Notes under the pieces: generated by a model
What the model saw: only the letters and a program-made list of their open reading frames with translations
What the model was told of the DNA's origin: nothing
Databases searched by the model: none
Translations under genes and position numbers: made by a program
Assembly (NCBI GenBank): GCA_048941015.1
Contig: JBHLNZ010000040.1
Coordinates: forward strand, 1-29,171
Reading direction: 5' to 3'
DNA: 29,171 nt
Source: Promethearchaeota archaeon
Lineage (GTDB): Archaea > Asgardarchaeota > Lokiarchaeia > Sigyniarchaeales > SOKP01
Shown: positions 28,443-29,171 of the stretch, one piece after another
Position numbering within the stretch: the stretch's first letter is position 1
Layout: each line of letters begins with the position of its first letter

Positions 28443-28568
28443 TTAGAGTGAAAGTTTTTCAAAACATTTTTGGCAATAATATTTCTCATCTACTCTCCAA
28501 GATTCGGCAAGATTCATCTCTGCACCACACTCTTCACAATTTCCTATTTCTTCGATAGCTTCACTCAT
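28443..28568 (-). CDS. 41-aa treble-clef/half-LIM-like zinc-finger microprotein (not in ORF track)
   Basis: MSEAIEEIGNCEECGAEMNLAESWRVDEKYYCQKCFEKLSL*; C-x2-C-x17-C-x2-C. Confidence 0.8.
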   Translation of the reverse strand: MSEAIEEIGNCEECGAEMNLAESWRVDEKYYCQKCFEKLSL

Positions 28569-28646
28569 AATTATTAAATAGTATTAGTCTTTTAATGTGT
28601 TTTTATTATTATTTTTTTAAAATTATATTTGTTTATTAATTCTATT

Positions 28647-29171
28647 TTATAAACTTCTATCTTTCTGAGCATATTCTATACATGCTTTTAAGAAAGCCAT
28701 ATAAATCGGAGAGGGCTTATACGGTCGGGATTTAAACTCTGGGTGAAATTGGGTACCAACCATCCAATGATCTTTTCTATTTAATTCAATACTATTTATA
28801 ATTTTGCCAGTTTCATCTCTACTAGATACTAACATACCTTTTTGTTTTGCTTCGTCAGTTAAAAATCGTTCTTGAATATGATAACGATGTCTAAATCGTT
28901 CTTTTATTTTCTTTTGTTTGTAAGCTTCATATAGTTTAGTATTTTCTTCTATTATGATGGTTTGTGCTCCTAATCGCATCGTTCCTCCTTTTTCTGTCAC
29001 CACTTTTTGAGCTTCTAACAAATCAACTACAGGATAAGGTGTTTTAGGATCAATTTCGGCCGAATTTGCTCCTTTCAAACCTAAATACTTTCTGCAAAAT
29101 GCAGCAAAAAATAACTGAGCACCAAAACAAATTCCTAGAAAGGGAATTTTATTTTCCATAGCATATTCAGC
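28647..29171 (-). CDS. pyrG: CTP synthase, C-terminal glutaminase domain (5' part outside the window)
   Basis: FLGICFG, KGGTMRLG, ERFRHRY, GTQFHPEFKSRP. Frame open to the window edge. Confidence 0.96.
   Translation of the reverse strand, partial: AEYAMENKIPFLGICFGAQLFFAAFCRKYLGLKGANSAEIDPKTPYPVVDLLEAQKVVTEKGGTMRLGAQTIIIEENTKLYEAYKQKKIKERFRHRYHIQERFLTDEAKQKGMLVSSRDETGKIINSIELNRKDHWMVGTQFHPEFKSRPYKPSPIYMAFLKACIEYAQKDRSL

Overview
AT-rich window that most likely comes from an Asgard archaeon (Lokiarchaeia/Promethearchaeota). This is inferred from a Rab-like small GTPase, an AbrB-PhoU fusion regulator, small CxxC zinc-finger ORFs, Loki-type signal/anchor peptides, TATA-type promoters and GGTG ribosome-binding motifs. 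The left ~6.7 kb is an accessory, plastic region. It holds a membrane-anchored beta-propeller gene, then a run of co-oriented minus-strand single genes (LLM oxidoreductase, two alpha/beta hydrolases, a 58-aa charged microprotein, flavodoxin) mixed with gene remnants. A 41-bp direct repeat and two degenerate partial copies sit just 3' of successive genes there, suggesting a cassette-like insertion hotspot. The rest is mostly core metabolism: glnA, GH3 beta-glucosidase, a heterodimeric ABC exporter, Gln-dependent nadE, a small GTPase, a phosphate module (alkaline phosphatase, phoU, PAP2), carAB, enoyl-CoA hydratase, 4-hydroxybutyryl-CoA dehydratase and the 3' end of pyrG. Several probable small genes are missing or truncated in the ORF track: a Zn-finger at the left edge, the 58-aa ORF, an ATT-initiated stand-alone Lrp/RAM domain and a 41-aa half-LIM-like Zn finger. 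No rRNA, tRNA, CRISPR array, transposase or integrase was seen.
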